Source: Escherichia phage vB_EcoM_G2133 | Sequence record: MK327928.1 | Strand: one strand, 5' to 3' | Length of the DNA: 64,000 nucleotides | Part shown: positions 10,659-21,912 of the stretch, piece after piece | Layout of the letters: every line of letters starts with the position of its first letter | How positions within the stretch are numbered: position 1 is the first letter of the stretch | The notes under the pieces: generated by a model | The model's input: only the letters and a program-made list of their open reading frames with translations | Databases searched by the model: none | Told to the model about the DNA's origin: nothing | Position numbers and translations under genes: made by a program

Positions 10659-11333
10659 TTAATTTATTAGACTTCTTAAACGAACAGAAGTCATAAATGG
10701 AAATTTTTCTAAAGTTGGCTTTCGCCAATATCTTGGATGACAAGTTGATTTAAAATCAAGAACAATTTTCTTTGCTTCATCAATAGTGTTAACTCCAAAG
10801 TTATCTAACATTATTTTCTTTTCTTTTTCCCACCGTTTATTAGCTAAAGCAGATTGAAGCTTTTTGTTTTTAAATGTGTCATTTTTTCTAGAATGAGTTG
10901 TTCCTTGTGTCGGACTCCATCCTCTTCCTAAAATAAATCCCTCAGGAATTATATCTCCATCATGCAATTTTATACATCTTTTACCATTATTATAATATTT
11001 TCGTCCAGTTTGTGTATTTGAAATATTATTTGCATGTTTTCTTTTTAACCAACCATAAACTTTATTATTTCTCCTAACATATTTAGTTGAAACCGTCATT
11101 TTTATGGCTGCATAAGATAATTTTAAAGAATTTGGGTGTATTTTTACTAATAGCTGATGTGCAACATAATGCTCTTCTGGAGTTAAATCAACCAAGTTAG
11201 AAGCATCATTACTACCGCCTAAACATTTCGGAATAATATGATGTCTTTCTTTATATCCAGTAAGGGCTCTATTGCGAGCCCTATCAATTAGTGAATTATA
11301 AATTTTTTCATAATTCATCGTACATTGCTCCAA
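10659..11333 (-). CDS. HNH homing endonuclease inserted between genes 3 and 2
   Basis: HNH motif [29 protein letters not shown]; start region overlaps the 3' end of gene 2. Confidence 0.75.
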   Translation of the reverse strand: MEQCTMNYEKIYNSLIDRARNRALTGYKERHHIIPKCLGGSNDASNLVDLTPEEHYVAHQLLVKIHPNSLKLSYAAIKMTVSTKYVRRNNKVYGWLKRKHANNISNTQTGRKYYNNGKRCIKLHDGDIIPEGFILGRGWSPTQGTTHSRKNDTFKNKKLQSALANKRWEKEKKIMLDNFGVNTIDEAKKIVLDFKSTCHPRYWRKPTLEKFPFMTSVRLRSLIN

Positions 11334-12142
11334 ACTTTGTTTGCAGAGAAACGTTTTCCTTTTGAGTAGAAGCTTTGGAGTGGCATCAACACAACGTTCG
11401 CCCAGTCTTTCGGGGCGATTTCAACAAGGCTACCCATAATATTACCAGGTATATATGCCTTAATCATTTGGTCTGCACCCCTAAATCCTTTCACTTGACT
11501 CCAATCAATTTTTAATTTCGTTTTATTAGTAATAGTAGGTGTATTTGCATATTGCTTTAAAAGCTCTTCTAGAAACTGTTGACGAGCTTTAGGTGGAATA
11601 TAGTGCAAGTTCAATCCGTACATTAAATTATGCTTACCTAAACCAAGGTAAATTATCAAAGGAAATTTATCCCAGTAAGGAAGAGTTTCCTTGTGTTTAG
11701 CATCATAAGCAAAAGCATATATTCGTCCCGGCTGCGGGCGAACAACTTTATGTCCTTTTACTTGCTTAATAGTTTCAGCAAACCACTTTCTGGTTTTATT
11801 ATTAATTGCTGCGCCTTCATTACGAATTTTATCGCGCAATGTTTGTCTGAATGAATTTATCATAAGCAGTTGTCTTTCTTGCTTATTGAGCTTATTCATT
11901 GGTTTTGATTCAAGCTTTTGAATCTTTTCAGCCGTTTTAATTCCTGAAGCATATTTTGACATTGCTGAAGTAAACGTAGAGTATTTGATTCCTCTTTCTT
12001 CGGCAAATTGCTTTCCTGTCATTCCTTTTGCTTTGGCCTTTTTATATTCAAGACCTATCTGAATCCATTTCTTTTCGTTTAATGATTGCTTAACCTTTGG
12101 AACTTGGGGAGTGCTTTCATTAATTATTTGAAAAATAGCCAT
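11315..12142 (-). CDS. 2: DNA end-protector protein
   Basis: Synteny between genes 3 and 4; basic 275-aa protein. Confidence 0.8.
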   Translation of the reverse strand: MAIFQIINESTPQVPKVKQSLNEKKWIQIGLEYKKAKAKGMTGKQFAEERGIKYSTFTSAMSKYASGIKTAEKIQKLESKPMNKLNKQERQLLMINSFRQTLRDKIRNEGAAINNKTRKWFAETIKQVKGHKVVRPQPGRIYAFAYDAKHKETLPYWDKFPLIIYLGLGKHNLMYGLNLHYIPPKARQQFLEELLKQYANTPTITNKTKLKIDWSQVKGFRGADQMIKAYIPGNIMGSLVEIAPKDWANVVLMPLQSFYSKGKRFSANKVWSNVR

Positions 12143-12594
12143 TATGCCCCCTTAAAGCCAAGAGCTCGTAATCCATCTTCTGTTAGAATTCTAAATTTTA
12201 TTCCACGCTTTTCAGCTAAAGCTTGCGCTGCTTTCCATTTGTCGGTATTAACGGAATATGTATAAATTTCATTCATAAATCTTTTCTTCGCTGCAGTTGT
12301 TAGATGTGCTGGTTTAACTGGTGGTTGTGTTTCTTTTTTAGGTTTTATTTCAATAAAAAATTCTTGTCCAGAAGAATCTTTCATCCAAATATCCATGAAG
12401 TATCTACGTTTTTTCCCTTCGGCATTACAAAAATAAGGAATTACTGCTGTTTCACTACCCCATGCAATAATTTCTGGATTTTTATCTAACCATTCAAAAA
12501 AGAATTTTTCCCAATTTGATCTATACGTAATTTTTTTAGGGTCACCTCTATATTTTGATATATTTTTAGGAACCCATTTTCCAGAATATGCCAT
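12142..12594 (-). CDS. 4: head completion protein
   Basis: Synteny; AAGGAGAA RBS and a late promoter upstream. Confidence 0.8.
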   Translation of the reverse strand: MAYSGKWVPKNISKYRGDPKKITYRSNWEKFFFEWLDKNPEIIAWGSETAVIPYFCNAEGKKRRYFMDIWMKDSSGQEFFIEIKPKKETQPPVKPAHLTTAAKKRFMNEIYTYSVNTDKWKAAQALAEKRGIKFRILTEDGLRALGFKGA

Positions 12595-12605
12595 TGGATT
12601 CTCCT

Positions 12606-12628
12606 TATAAATAGATAATATATTTATA
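12606..12628. promoter_or_regulatory. divergent late promoters (TATAAATA on both strands) for genes 4 and 53
   Basis: Plus-strand TATAAATA at 12606..12613 and minus-strand TATAAATA at 12621..12628, each followed by an RBS and start codon. Confidence 0.6.
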
Positions 12629-12641
12629 AACAGGAGGGCCC

Positions 12642-13232
12642 ATGCTCTTTACATTTTTTGATCCGATTGAATATGCGGCCAAAACGGTGGATAAAAACGC
12701 GCCGACTATTCCTATGACAGATATTTTTAGAAACTATAAAGACTATTTTAAACGCGCTCTTGCGGGATACCGCTTACGTACTTATTATATTAAAGGTTCA
12801 CCACGCCCGGAAGAATTAGCAAATACTATATATGGAAATCCGCAGTTGTATTGGGTTTTATTGATGTGTAATGATAATTATGATCCATATTATGGATGGA
12901 TTACTTCGCAAGAAGCTGCTTATCAAGCATCTATACAAAAATACAAAAATGTAGGTGGAGACCAAATAGTATATCATGTGAATGAGAACGGTGAAAAATT
13001 TTATAATTTAGTATCATACGATGATAATCCATATGTTTGGTATGACAAAGGTGATAAAGCTAGAAAATATCCTCAATATGAAGGAGCACTTGCTGCTGTT
13101 AATACGTATGAAGCTGCTGTTCTTGAAAATGAAAAACTTCGTCAAATAAAAATAATAGCAAAATCAGACATCAATTCATTTATGAACGACCTTATACGTA
13201 TAATGGAGAAATCTTATGGAAATGATAAGTAA
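12642..13232 (+). CDS. 53: baseplate wedge protein
   Basis: Synteny immediately upstream of gene 5. Confidence 0.8.
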   Translation: MLFTFFDPIEYAAKTVDKNAPTIPMTDIFRNYKDYFKRALAGYRLRTYYIKGSPRPEELANTIYGNPQLYWVLLMCNDNYDPYYGWITSQEAAYQASIQKYKNVGGDQIVYHVNENGEKFYNLVSYDDNPYVWYDKGDKARKYPQYEGALAAVNTYEAAVLENEKLRQIKIIAKSDINSFMNDLIRIMEKSYGNDK

Positions 13233-14943
13233 TAACCTCAATTGGTTTGTTGGTGTTGTTGAAGATAGAATGGACCCATTGAAATTAGGTCGTGTTCGTG
13301 TTCGTGTGGTTGGTCTGCATCCACCCCAAAGAGCGCAAGGCGATGTAATGGGTATTCCAACCGATAAATTACCATGGATGTCAGTTATTCAACCTATAAC
13401 TTCTGCAGCAATGTCTGGAATTGGAGGTTCTGTTACAGGACCAGTAGAAGGAACTAGAGTTTATGGTCATTTTTTAGACAAATGGAAAACTAACGGAATT
13501 GTCCTTGGCACGTATGGTGGGATAGTTCGCGAAAAACCTAATAGACTTGAAGGATTTTCTGACCCAACTGGGCAGTATCCTAGACGTTTAGGAAATGATA
13601 CTAACGTATTAAACCAAGGCGGAGAAGTAGGATATGATTCGTCTTCTAATATTATCCAAGATAGCAATCTAGACACTGCGATAAATCCTGATGATAGACC
13701 GCTATCAGAGATTCCAACCGATGATAATCCAAATATGTCAATGGCTGAAATGCTTCGCCGTGATGAAGGATTAAGACTAAAAGTTTATTGGGATACCGAA
13801 GGATATCCGACAATTGGTATTGGTCATCTTATCATGAAGCAGCCAGTTCGTGATATGACCCAAATTAATAAAGTTTTATCAAAACAAGTTGGTCGTGAAA
13901 TTACAGGAAATCCAGGTTCTATTACAATGGAAGAGGCGACGACTTTATTTGAGCGTGATTTGGCTGATATGCAACGTGACATTAAATCACATTCTAAAGT
14001 TGGCCCAGTTTGGCAAGCAGTTAATCGTTCTCGTCAAATGGCGTTAGAAAATATGGCATTCCAAATGGGCGTTGGTGGCGTAGCTAAATTTAACACAATG
14101 TTAACTGCTATGTTAGCAGGAGATTGGGAAAAAGCATATAAAGCCGGTCGTGATTCATTGTGGTATCAACAAACAAAAGGCCGTGCATCCCGTGTTACCA
14201 TGATTATTCTTACGGGGAATTTGGAATCATATGGTGTTGAAGTGAAAACTCCAGCTAGGTCTTTGTCGGCAATGGCTGCTACTGTGGCGAAGTCTTCTGA
14301 TCCAGCTGACCCTCCTATTCCAAATGACTCAAGAATTTTATTCAAAGAACCAGTTTCTTCATATAAAGGCGAATATCCTTATGTGCATACAATGGAAACT
14401 GAAAGTGGACATATTCAGGAATTTGATGATACCCCTGGGCAAGAACGATATAGATTAGTTCATCCAACTGGAACTTATGAAGAAGTATCACCGTCAGGGA
14501 GAAGAACAAGAAAAACAGTTGATAATTTATATGATATAACAAACGCCGACGGTAATTTTTTGGTTGCTGGAGATAAAAAGACCAATGTTGGCGGATCTGA
14601 AATTTATTACAACATGGATAATCGTCTCCACCAAATAGATGGAAGCAATACGATATTTGTTCGAGGCGATGAAACTAAGACGGTTGAAGGTAATGGAACT
14701 ATCCTAGTCAAAGGTAATGTTACTATTGTAGTTGAAGGTAATGCTGACATTACAGTTAAAGGAGATGCTACCACTTTAGTTGAAGGAAATCAAACTAATA
14801 CAGTAAATGGAAATCTTTCTTGGAAAGTTGCTGGGACAGTTGATTGGGACGTTGGCGGTGATTGGACAGAAAAAATGGCATCTATGAGTTCTATTTCATC
14901 TGGTCAATACACAATTGATGGATCGAGGATTGACATTGGCTAA
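13216..14943 (+). CDS. 5: baseplate central spike with lysozyme domain
   Basis: Internal lysozyme domain DEGLRLKVYWDTEGYPTIGIGHL parallels e; C-terminal VxGxxxxx beta-helix repeats (VEGNGTILVKGNVTIVVEGNADITVKGDATTLVEGN). Confidence 0.95.
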   Translation: MEMISNNLNWFVGVVEDRMDPLKLGRVRVRVVGLHPPQRAQGDVMGIPTDKLPWMSVIQPITSAAMSGIGGSVTGPVEGTRVYGHFLDKWKTNGIVLGTYGGIVREKPNRLEGFSDPTGQYPRRLGNDTNVLNQGGEVGYDSSSNIIQDSNLDTAINPDDRPLSEIPTDDNPNMSMAEMLRRDEGLRLKVYWDTEGYPTIGIGHLIMKQPVRDMTQINKVLSKQVGREITGNPGSITMEEATTLFERDLADMQRDIKSHSKVGPVWQAVNRSRQMALENMAFQMGVGGVAKFNTMLTAMLAGDWEKAYKAGRDSLWYQQTKGRASRVTMIILTGNLESYGVEVKTPARSLSAMAATVAKSSDPADPPIPNDSRILFKEPVSSYKGEYPYVHTMETESGHIQEFDDTPGQERYRLVHPTGTYEEVSPSGRRTRKTVDNLYDITNADGNFLVAGDKKTNVGGSEIYYNMDNRLHQIDGSNTIFVRGDETKTVEGNGTILVKGNVTIVVEGNADITVKGDATTLVEGNQTNTVNGNLSWKVAGTVDWDVGGDWTEKMASMSSISSGQYTIDGSRIDIG

Positions 14944-15472
14944 TATACTTCCAATGAGCGCTGATTTAGGAGAATCCCTGGAAGGTTCTTCTATCGACGT
15001 CACCTTTACCGCTCAATTAGAAACAGGTGAAACGTTAGTATCTATAAATATAACTAGTTACGAAGAAACTCCTGGGGTTTTAGTAGAAGAAAGTCGCTTA
15101 TACGGAACATATGAATCTGTGTTTGGATTTGGAAATGACGCGTTGAAATATCGTTTAGGTGATGAATTTAAAACTGCTGCTTCATGGGAAGAACTTCCTA
15201 CTGATTCTGACACTCAGTTGTATTTGTGGAAAGCTCCTCAGAATCTCCAGAAGACATTCACTTACGAAGTAACATTAATATATGACTACCAAGAACAAAG
15301 TGAATCTGGAGGTTCTGGCAGTAATTCTAGGTCATCTTCTGATACTACTGAACCGACAGATCCTCCTGCTCCAATAAGAAAAACTCTCGTTAAAAATTAT
15401 ACTAAAACTATAGTTGGAAATTGGAGTCGTTGGGCTAATAAATTAAGAAGCTATGTGTATGAGAGGTCATAG
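14915..15472 (+). CDS. hypothetical protein (T4 5.1 position)
   Basis: 185-aa acidic ORF directly after gene 5. Confidence 0.5.
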
Positions 15473-15766
15473 ATGTCAGGATTAAGTTATGATAAATGTG
15501 TTACTGCTGGTCATGAAGCATGGCCTCCAACAGTTGTGAATGCTACACAAAGTAAAGTATTCACTGGAGGAATTGCTGTTCTCGTAGCAGGTGATCCAAT
15601 TACAGAACATACAGAAATTAAAAAGCCATATGAAACACATGGCGGAGTGACACAACCTAGAACTTCTAAGGTATATGTCACAGGAAAGAAAGCTGTCCAA
15701 ATGGCTGATCCAATATCATGCGGTGATACTGTGGCTCAGGCATCATCTAAAGTATTCATTAAATAG
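15473..15766 (+). CDS. 5.4: spike-tip protein (T4 5.4 position, PAAR-repeat-like)
   Basis: 97-aa ORF between the gene 5 region and gene 6. Confidence 0.6.
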
Positions 15767-15774
15767 GATTTAAA

Positions 15775-17757
15775 ATGGCAAATACCCCTGTAAATTATCA
15801 ATTAACAAGAACAGCAAATGCTATTCCCGAGATATTCGTCGGGGGTACGTTTGCTGAAATAAAACAAAACCTCATTGAATGGCTTAATGGCCAAAATGAA
15901 TTTTTGGATTATGATTTTGAAGGCTCAAGATTAAACGTTCTGTGCGACCTTTTAGCTTATAATACATTGTACATTCAGCAGTTTGGTAATGCTGCCGTGT
16001 ATGAAAGCTTTATGCGTACTGCTAACTTACGAAGTTCAGTTGTTCAGGCTGCACAAGATAATGGATATTTACCTACTTCAAAATCCGCTGCACAGACCGA
16101 AATTATGTTAACGTGTACAGATGCATTGAATAGAAATTACATTACTATTCCTCGCGGTACTCGCTTTTTAGCATATGCAAAGGATACTTCTGTTAATCCA
16201 TATAACTTCGTTTCTACCGAAGACGTTATTGCTATTCGTGATAAAAATAACCAATATTTTCCACGATTAAAATTAGCCCAGGGACGTATAGTAAGAACTG
16301 AAATCATTTATGATAAATTAACACCTATTATCATTTATGACAAAAACATAGATAGAAACCAAGTTAAACTATACGTTGATGGAGCAGAATGGATTAACTG
16401 GACAAGAAAGTCAATGGTTCATGCTGGTTCTACATCAACAATTTACTACATGCGTGAAACTATTGATGGAAACACTGAATTCTATTTTGGCGAAGGTGAA
16501 ATTTCTGTTAATGCGGCAGAAGGAGCTCTAACTGCTAACTATATTGGAGGTCTTAAACCTACCCAGAACTCTACTATTGTTATTGAGTACATCAGTACTA
16601 ACGGTGCAGATGCGAATGGTGCAGTCGGATTTTCATACGCAGATACATTAACAAATATAACTGTCATCAATATTAACGAAAATCCAAATGATGACCCAGA
16701 TTTTGTTGGGGCAGATGGCGGTGGCGATCCAGAAGATATTGAGCGTATCCGCGAATTGGGTACTATTAAACGCGAAACCCAGCAACGCTGCGTAACTGCG
16801 ACTGACTATGATACATTCGTTTCAGAGAGATTTGGTTCTATTATTCAAGCTGTGCAGACTTTCACTGATTCTACTAAACCTGGGTATGCATTTATTGCTG
16901 CTAAACCTAAATCAGGATTGTATTTAACTACTGTGCAACGTGAAGATATTAAAAATTATCTCAAAGACTATAATTTAGCGCCTATTACACCGTCAATTAT
17001 TTCTCCTAATTATCTTTTTATTAAGACTAATTTAAAAGTCACATATGCTTTAAATAAACTACAAGAATCCGAACAGTGGCTTGAAGGTCAAATAATTGAT
17101 AAAATTGATCGCTATTATACCGAAGATGTAGAAATTTTTAACTCATCTTTTGCCAAGTCTAAGATGTTAACTTACGTAGATGATGCAGATCATTCTATCA
17201 TTGGTTCATCAGCGACTATTCAAATTGTTCGTGAAGTACAAAACTTCTATAAAACGCCTGAAGCAGGTATTAAATACAATAATCAAATAAAAGATCGTTC
17301 TATGGAATCTAATACGTTTTCATTTAATTCTGGACGAAAGGTTGTAAATCCTGATACCGGTTTAGAAGAAGATGTATTATATGACGTTCGTATAGTATCA
17401 ACAGACCGAGATTCTAAAGGAATTGGTAAAGTTATTATTGGTCCATTTGCTTCTGGCGATGTTACAGAAAATGAAAACATTCAGCCGTATACAGGCAACG
17501 ATTTTAACAAATTAGCAAATTCTGATGGACGCGACAAATACTATGTTATCGGTGAAATAAATTATCCAGCTGACATGATTTATTGGAATATCGCTAAAAT
17601 TAATTTAACATCTGAAAAATTTGAAGTTCAGACTATTGAATTATATTCTGACCCAACCGATGATGTTATCTTTACTCGCGATGGTTCACTGATTGTATTT
17701 GAAAATGACTTACGTCCACAATACTTAACTATCGATTTGGAGCCTATATCACAATGA
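15775..17757 (+). CDS. 6: baseplate wedge protein
   Basis: 660 aa; synteny. Confidence 0.9.
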   Translation: MANTPVNYQLTRTANAIPEIFVGGTFAEIKQNLIEWLNGQNEFLDYDFEGSRLNVLCDLLAYNTLYIQQFGNAAVYESFMRTANLRSSVVQAAQDNGYLPTSKSAAQTEIMLTCTDALNRNYITIPRGTRFLAYAKDTSVNPYNFVSTEDVIAIRDKNNQYFPRLKLAQGRIVRTEIIYDKLTPIIIYDKNIDRNQVKLYVDGAEWINWTRKSMVHAGSTSTIYYMRETIDGNTEFYFGEGEISVNAAEGALTANYIGGLKPTQNSTIVIEYISTNGADANGAVGFSYADTLTNITVININENPNDDPDFVGADGGGDPEDIERIRELGTIKRETQQRCVTATDYDTFVSERFGSIIQAVQTFTDSTKPGYAFIAAKPKSGLYLTTVQREDIKNYLKDYNLAPITPSIISPNYLFIKTNLKVTYALNKLQESEQWLEGQIIDKIDRYYTEDVEIFNSSFAKSKMLTYVDDADHSIIGSSATIQIVREVQNFYKTPEAGIKYNNQIKDRSMESNTFSFNSGRKVVNPDTGLEEDVLYDVRIVSTDRDSKGIGKVIIGPFASGDVTENENIQPYTGNDFNKLANSDGRDKYYVIGEINYPADMIYWNIAKINLTSEKFEVQTIELYSDPTDDVIFTRDGSLIVFENDLRPQYLTIDLEPISQ

Positions 17758-20700
17758 CAGTAAAAGCACCTTCAGTCACTAGTCTCAGAATTTCCAAGTT
17801 ATCCGCTAATCAGGTGCAAGTACGCTGGGATGACGTTGGTGCTAATTTCTACTATTTTGTAGAAATCGCTGAGACAAAATCAAACTCGGGAAAAAATCTC
17901 CCGAGTAATCAATATCGTTGGATTAATTTAGGATATACAGCAAATAATAGTTTCTTTTTTGATGATGCTGATCCATTGACATCATATGTTATTAGAGTAG
18001 CTACAGCTGCGCAAGATTTTGAGCAGTCTGATTGGATTTATACCGAAGAGTTTGAAACTTTTGCTACAAATGCTTATACATTTCAAAACATGATTGAAAT
18101 GCAATTAGCCAATAAATTCATTCAGGAAAAATTTACTCTTAATAATTCTGATTATGTTAATTTCAATAATGACACAATAATGGCTGCGTTGATGAATGAA
18201 TCATTTCAGTTCAGCCCATCGTATGCTGATGTCTCATCAATCAGTAATTTTATTATTGGTGAAAACGAGTATCATGAAATACAAGGTTCTATCCAGCAAG
18301 TATGTAAGGATATTAACCGAGTTTATTTGATGGAATCAGAAGGGATTCTATATCTTTTTGAGCGTTATCAACCCGTAGTTAAAGTATCAAATGATAAAGG
18401 ACAAACTTGGAAAGCTGTAAAGCTCTTCAATGACCGTGTAGGATATCCTTTATCTAAGACTGTATATTACCAATCTGCAAACACAACATACGTTCTAGGA
18501 TACGATAAGATTTTCTATGGCCGTAAATCGACTGACGTTAGATGGTCAGCAGATGATGTCAGATTCAGTTCACAGGATATAACATTTGCTAAATTAGGAG
18601 ACCAACTTCATTTGGGATTCGATGTTGAAATCTTCGCTACTTATGCGACTTTACCAGCGAATGTATATCGTATAGCTGAAGCCATTACTTGTACGGATGA
18701 TTATATCTATGTTGTTGCCAGAGATAAAGTTAGATATATAAAAACGAGTAATGCACCTATAGATTCTGACCCGTTATCACCAACATACTCGGAAAGACTT
18801 TTTGAACCTGATACAATGACTATAACTGGAAATCCTAAAGCTGTATGCTATAAAATGGATTCTATTGGTGATAAAGTTTTTGCTCTTATTATTGGTGAAG
18901 TTGAAACATTAAATGCCAATCCGAGAACTTCAAAAATAATTGATTCCGCTGATAAAGGAATATATGTTTTGAATCAAGACACGAAAACATGGAAAAGAGT
19001 TTTTGGCAACACTGAAGAAGAAAGAAGACGTATTCAACCTGGGTATGCGAATATGTCAACTGATGGTAAATTAGTTTCTCTATCTTCGAGTAATTTTAAA
19101 TTTTTAAATGATAACGTTGTTAATGACCCTGAAACTGTAGCAAAATATCAGTTAATCGGTGCCGTTAAATATGAATTTCCTCGTGAATGGTTAGCTGATA
19201 AGCATTATCATATGATGGCATTTATAGCAGATGAAAAGTCTGATTGGGAAACTTTTACGCCTCAGCCAATGAAATACTACGCAGAACCGTTCTTTAATTG
19301 GTCTAAAAAATCTAACACTCGTTGTTGGATAAACAACTCTAATAGAGCTGTAGTAGTTTATGCTGATTTAAAATACACTAAAGTTATAGAAAATATTCCA
19401 GAAACGTCACCAGATAGATTAGTGCATGAATACTGGGATGATGGCGATTGCACTATAGTAATGCCAAATGTTAAATTCACCGGATTTAAAAAATACGCAT
19501 CAGGAATGCTTTTTTATAAATCTTCTGGTGAAATAATTTCTTATTATGATTTTAACTATCGTGTGAGAGATACAGTAGAAATTATTTGGAAGCCGACTGG
19601 AGTATTTTTAAAAGCATTTTTACAAAACCAAGAGCATGAGACTCCTTGGTCGCCAGAAGAAGAGCATGGATTAGCTGACCCTGATTTAAGACCATTAATT
19701 GGCACAATGATGCCTGATTCTTATTTGTTGCAGGATTCGAATTTTGAGGCATTTTGTGAAGCATATATTCAATATCTTTCTGACGGATACGGAACTCAGT
19801 ATAATAATTTACGAAATTTAATTCGTAATCAGTATCCACGAGAAGAGCATGCGTGGGAATATTTGTGGTCAGAGATATATAAAAGAAACATTTATTTAAA
19901 TGCTGACAAACGTGATGCTGTTGCAAGATTTTTTGAATCACGTAGTTATGATTTTTATTCTACTAAAGGAATTGAAGCATCATACAAATTTCTTTTTAAA
20001 GTTCTTTATAATGAAGAAGTTGAAATTGAAATTGAATCTGGAGCTGGTACTGAATATGATATAATCGTTCAATCTGATTCTTTGACTGAGGATTTAGTAG
20101 GACAAACGATTTATACAGCTACAGGAAGATGTAATGTTACTTATATAGAAAGAAGTTATTCTAATGGTAAATTGCAATGGACCGTGACTATACATAATCT
20201 TTTGGGGCGTTTAATAGCAGGGCAAGAAGTTAAAGCAGAAAGACTTCCTAGTTTTGAAGGCGAAATTATTCGTGGGGTTAAAGGAAAGGATTTGCTTCAA
20301 AATAATATAGACTATATTAATAGAAGTCGATCATATTATGTAATGAAAATTAAATCCAATTTACCTTCTTCTCGTTGGAAATCTGACGTTATTCGTTTTG
20401 TTCATCCAGTAGGATTTGGATTTATAGCAATCACGCTTTTAACTATGTTTATTAATGTCGGTTTAACTCTTAAACACACAGAGACAATAATTAATAAATA
20501 TAAAAACTACAAATGGGATTCTGGATTGCCTACTGAATATGCTGATAGAGTAGCTAAATTAACTCCAACTGGCGAAATTGAACATGATTCAGTAACAGGA
20601 GAAGCAATTTATGAACCTGGCCCAATGGCTGGTGTAAAATATCCTCTTCCTGATGACTATAATGCTGAAAATAATAATTCAATATTTCAAGGTCAATTGC

Positions 20701-20852
20701 CTTCTGAACGACGCAAGTTAATGAGTCCTCTATTTGACGCATCTGGAACAACATTTGCACAGTTTAGGGATTTAGTTAATAAACGTCTAAAAGATAATAT
20801 AGGAAATCCAAGAGACCCTGAAAATCCAACACAGGTTAAAATAGATGAATGA
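17754..20852 (+). CDS. 7: baseplate wedge protein
   Basis: 1032 aa; synteny. Confidence 0.9.
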   Translation: MTVKAPSVTSLRISKLSANQVQVRWDDVGANFYYFVEIAETKSNSGKNLPSNQYRWINLGYTANNSFFFDDADPLTSYVIRVATAAQDFEQSDWIYTEEFETFATNAYTFQNMIEMQLANKFIQEKFTLNNSDYVNFNNDTIMAALMNESFQFSPSYADVSSISNFIIGENEYHEIQGSIQQVCKDINRVYLMESEGILYLFERYQPVVKVSNDKGQTWKAVKLFNDRVGYPLSKTVYYQSANTTYVLGYDKIFYGRKSTDVRWSADDVRFSSQDITFAKLGDQLHLGFDVEIFATYATLPANVYRIAEAITCTDDYIYVVARDKVRYIKTSNAPIDSDPLSPTYSERLFEPDTMTITGNPKAVCYKMDSIGDKVFALIIGEVETLNANPRTSKIIDSADKGIYVLNQDTKTWKRVFGNTEEERRRIQPGYANMSTDGKLVSLSSSNFKFLNDNVVNDPETVAKYQLIGAVKYEFPREWLADKHYHMMAFIADEKSDWETFTPQPMKYYAEPFFNWSKKSNTRCWINNSNRAVVVYADLKYTKVIENIPETSPDRLVHEYWDDGDCTIVMPNVKFTGFKKYASGMLFYKSSGEIISYYDFNYRVRDTVEIIWKPTGVFLKAFLQNQEHETPWSPEEEHGLADPDLRPLIGTMMPDSYLLQDSNFEAFCEAYIQYLSDGYGTQYNNLRNLIRNQYPREEHAWEYLWSEIYKRNIYLNADKRDAVARFFESRSYDFYSTKGIEASYKFLFKVLYNEEVEIEIESGAGTEYDIIVQSDSLTEDLVGQTIYTATGRCNVTYIERSYSNGKLQWTVTIHNLLGRLIAGQEVKAERLPSFEGEIIRGVKGKDLLQNNIDYINRSRSYYVMKIKSNLPSSRWKSDVIRFVHPVGFGFIAITLLTMFINVGLTLKHTETIINKYKNYKWDSGLPTEYADRVAKLTPTGEIEHDSVTGEAIYEPGPMAGVKYPLPDDYNAENNNSIFQGQLPSERRKLMSPLFDASGTTFAQFRDLVNKRLKDNIGNPRDPENPTQVKIDE

Positions 20853-21849
20853 TTCAAGTGTTATCTATCGTGCGATAGTTACTTCAAAATTTAGAACAGA
20901 AAAAATGTTGAATTTTTATAATTCAATTGGAAGTGGTCCGGATAAAAACACTATCTTTATCACATTTGGAAGATCAGAACCGTGGTCATCAAATGAAAAT
21001 GAGGTGGGATTTGCCCCACCTTATCCAACCGATTCTGTATTAGGTGTAACTGATATGTGGACACATATGATGGGAACCGTAAAAGTTCTTCCATCTATGC
21101 TTGATGCAGTTATTCCTCGTCGAGATTGGGGAGATACTAGATATCCGGATCCATACACATTTAGAATTAATGATATTGTAGTGTGCAACTCAGCTCCTTA
21201 CAACGCTACTGAATCAGGCGCGGGATGGTTAGTGTATCGCTGTTTAGATGTTCCTGATACTGGAATGTGCTCAATAGCATCTTTAACTAATAAGGATGAA
21301 TGTCTTAAATTAGGTGGAAAATGGACTCCTTCTGCTAGGTCAATGACTCCTCCTGAAGGCCGAGGAGATGCTGAAGGAACAATTGAACCTGGCGATGGAT
21401 ATGTATGGGAATATCTTTTTGAGATTCCGCCTGATGTATCTATAAATAGATGCACGAATGAATACATCGTGGTTCCTTGGCCTGAGGAATTAAAAGAAGA
21501 CCCGACTAGATGGGGGTATGAAGATAATCTCACTTGGCAGCAAGATGATTTTGGATTAATTTACCGTGTTAAGGCAAATACTATCCGTTTTAAAGCATAT
21601 TTAGATTCAGTTTATTTTCCTGAAGCTGCATTGCCGGGAAATAAAGGATTTAGACAAATATCAATAATTACGAATCCTCTTGAAGCTAAAGCTCATCCAA
21701 ATGACCCAAATGTTAAAGCTGAAAAGGATTATTATGATCCGGAAGATTTAATGAGGCATTCGGGCGAAATGATTTATATGGAAAATAGGCCACCTATTAT
21801 TATGGCAATGGATCAGACAGAAGAAATCAATATTCTGTTTACATTTTAA
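20845..21849 (+). CDS. 8: baseplate wedge protein
   Basis: 334 aa; synteny. Confidence 0.9.
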   Translation: MNDSSVIYRAIVTSKFRTEKMLNFYNSIGSGPDKNTIFITFGRSEPWSSNENEVGFAPPYPTDSVLGVTDMWTHMMGTVKVLPSMLDAVIPRRDWGDTRYPDPYTFRINDIVVCNSAPYNATESGAGWLVYRCLDVPDTGMCSIASLTNKDECLKLGGKWTPSARSMTPPEGRGDAEGTIEPGDGYVWEYLFEIPPDVSINRCTNEYIVVPWPEELKEDPTRWGYEDNLTWQQDDFGLIYRVKANTIRFKAYLDSVYFPEAALPGNKGFRQISIITNPLEAKAHPNDPNVKAEKDYYDPEDLMRHSGEMIYMENRPPIIMAMDQTEEINILFTF

Positions 21850-21854
21850 ATTAA

Positions 21855-21878
21855 GGGAGCCCATGGGCTCCCTTTTTC
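21855..21878 (+). terminator. rho-independent terminator after gene 8
   Basis: Hairpin gggagcccatgggctccc followed by TTTTTC. Confidence 0.6.
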
Positions 21879-21880
21879 TT

Positions 21881-21888
21881 TATAAATA
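21881..21888 (+). promoter_or_regulatory. late promoter (TATAAATA) for gene 9
   Basis: Exact TATAAATA about 25 nt upstream of the gene 9 ATG. Confidence 0.6.
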
Positions 21889-21912
21889 CTATAAACTCAT
21901 AAGGAAACCGCT

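Noticed and set aside
13216-14943. Second lysozyme-like sequence (in gene 5) considered as a duplicated endolysin
   Set aside because: Established T4 feature: gp5 contains a lysozyme domain paralogous to e; synteny and the C-terminal beta-helix confirm it is the baseplate spike.
19582-19941. Minus-strand 119-aa ORF inside gene 7, and similar 60-110-aa antisense ORFs inside genes 5, 6, 10, 11, 12, wac, 17, 18, 19, 23, 24, 27, 29, 48, alt and 30
   Set aside because: All are embedded antisense in long syntenic structural genes, without promoters or RBS; treated as chance ORFs in AT-rich DNA.
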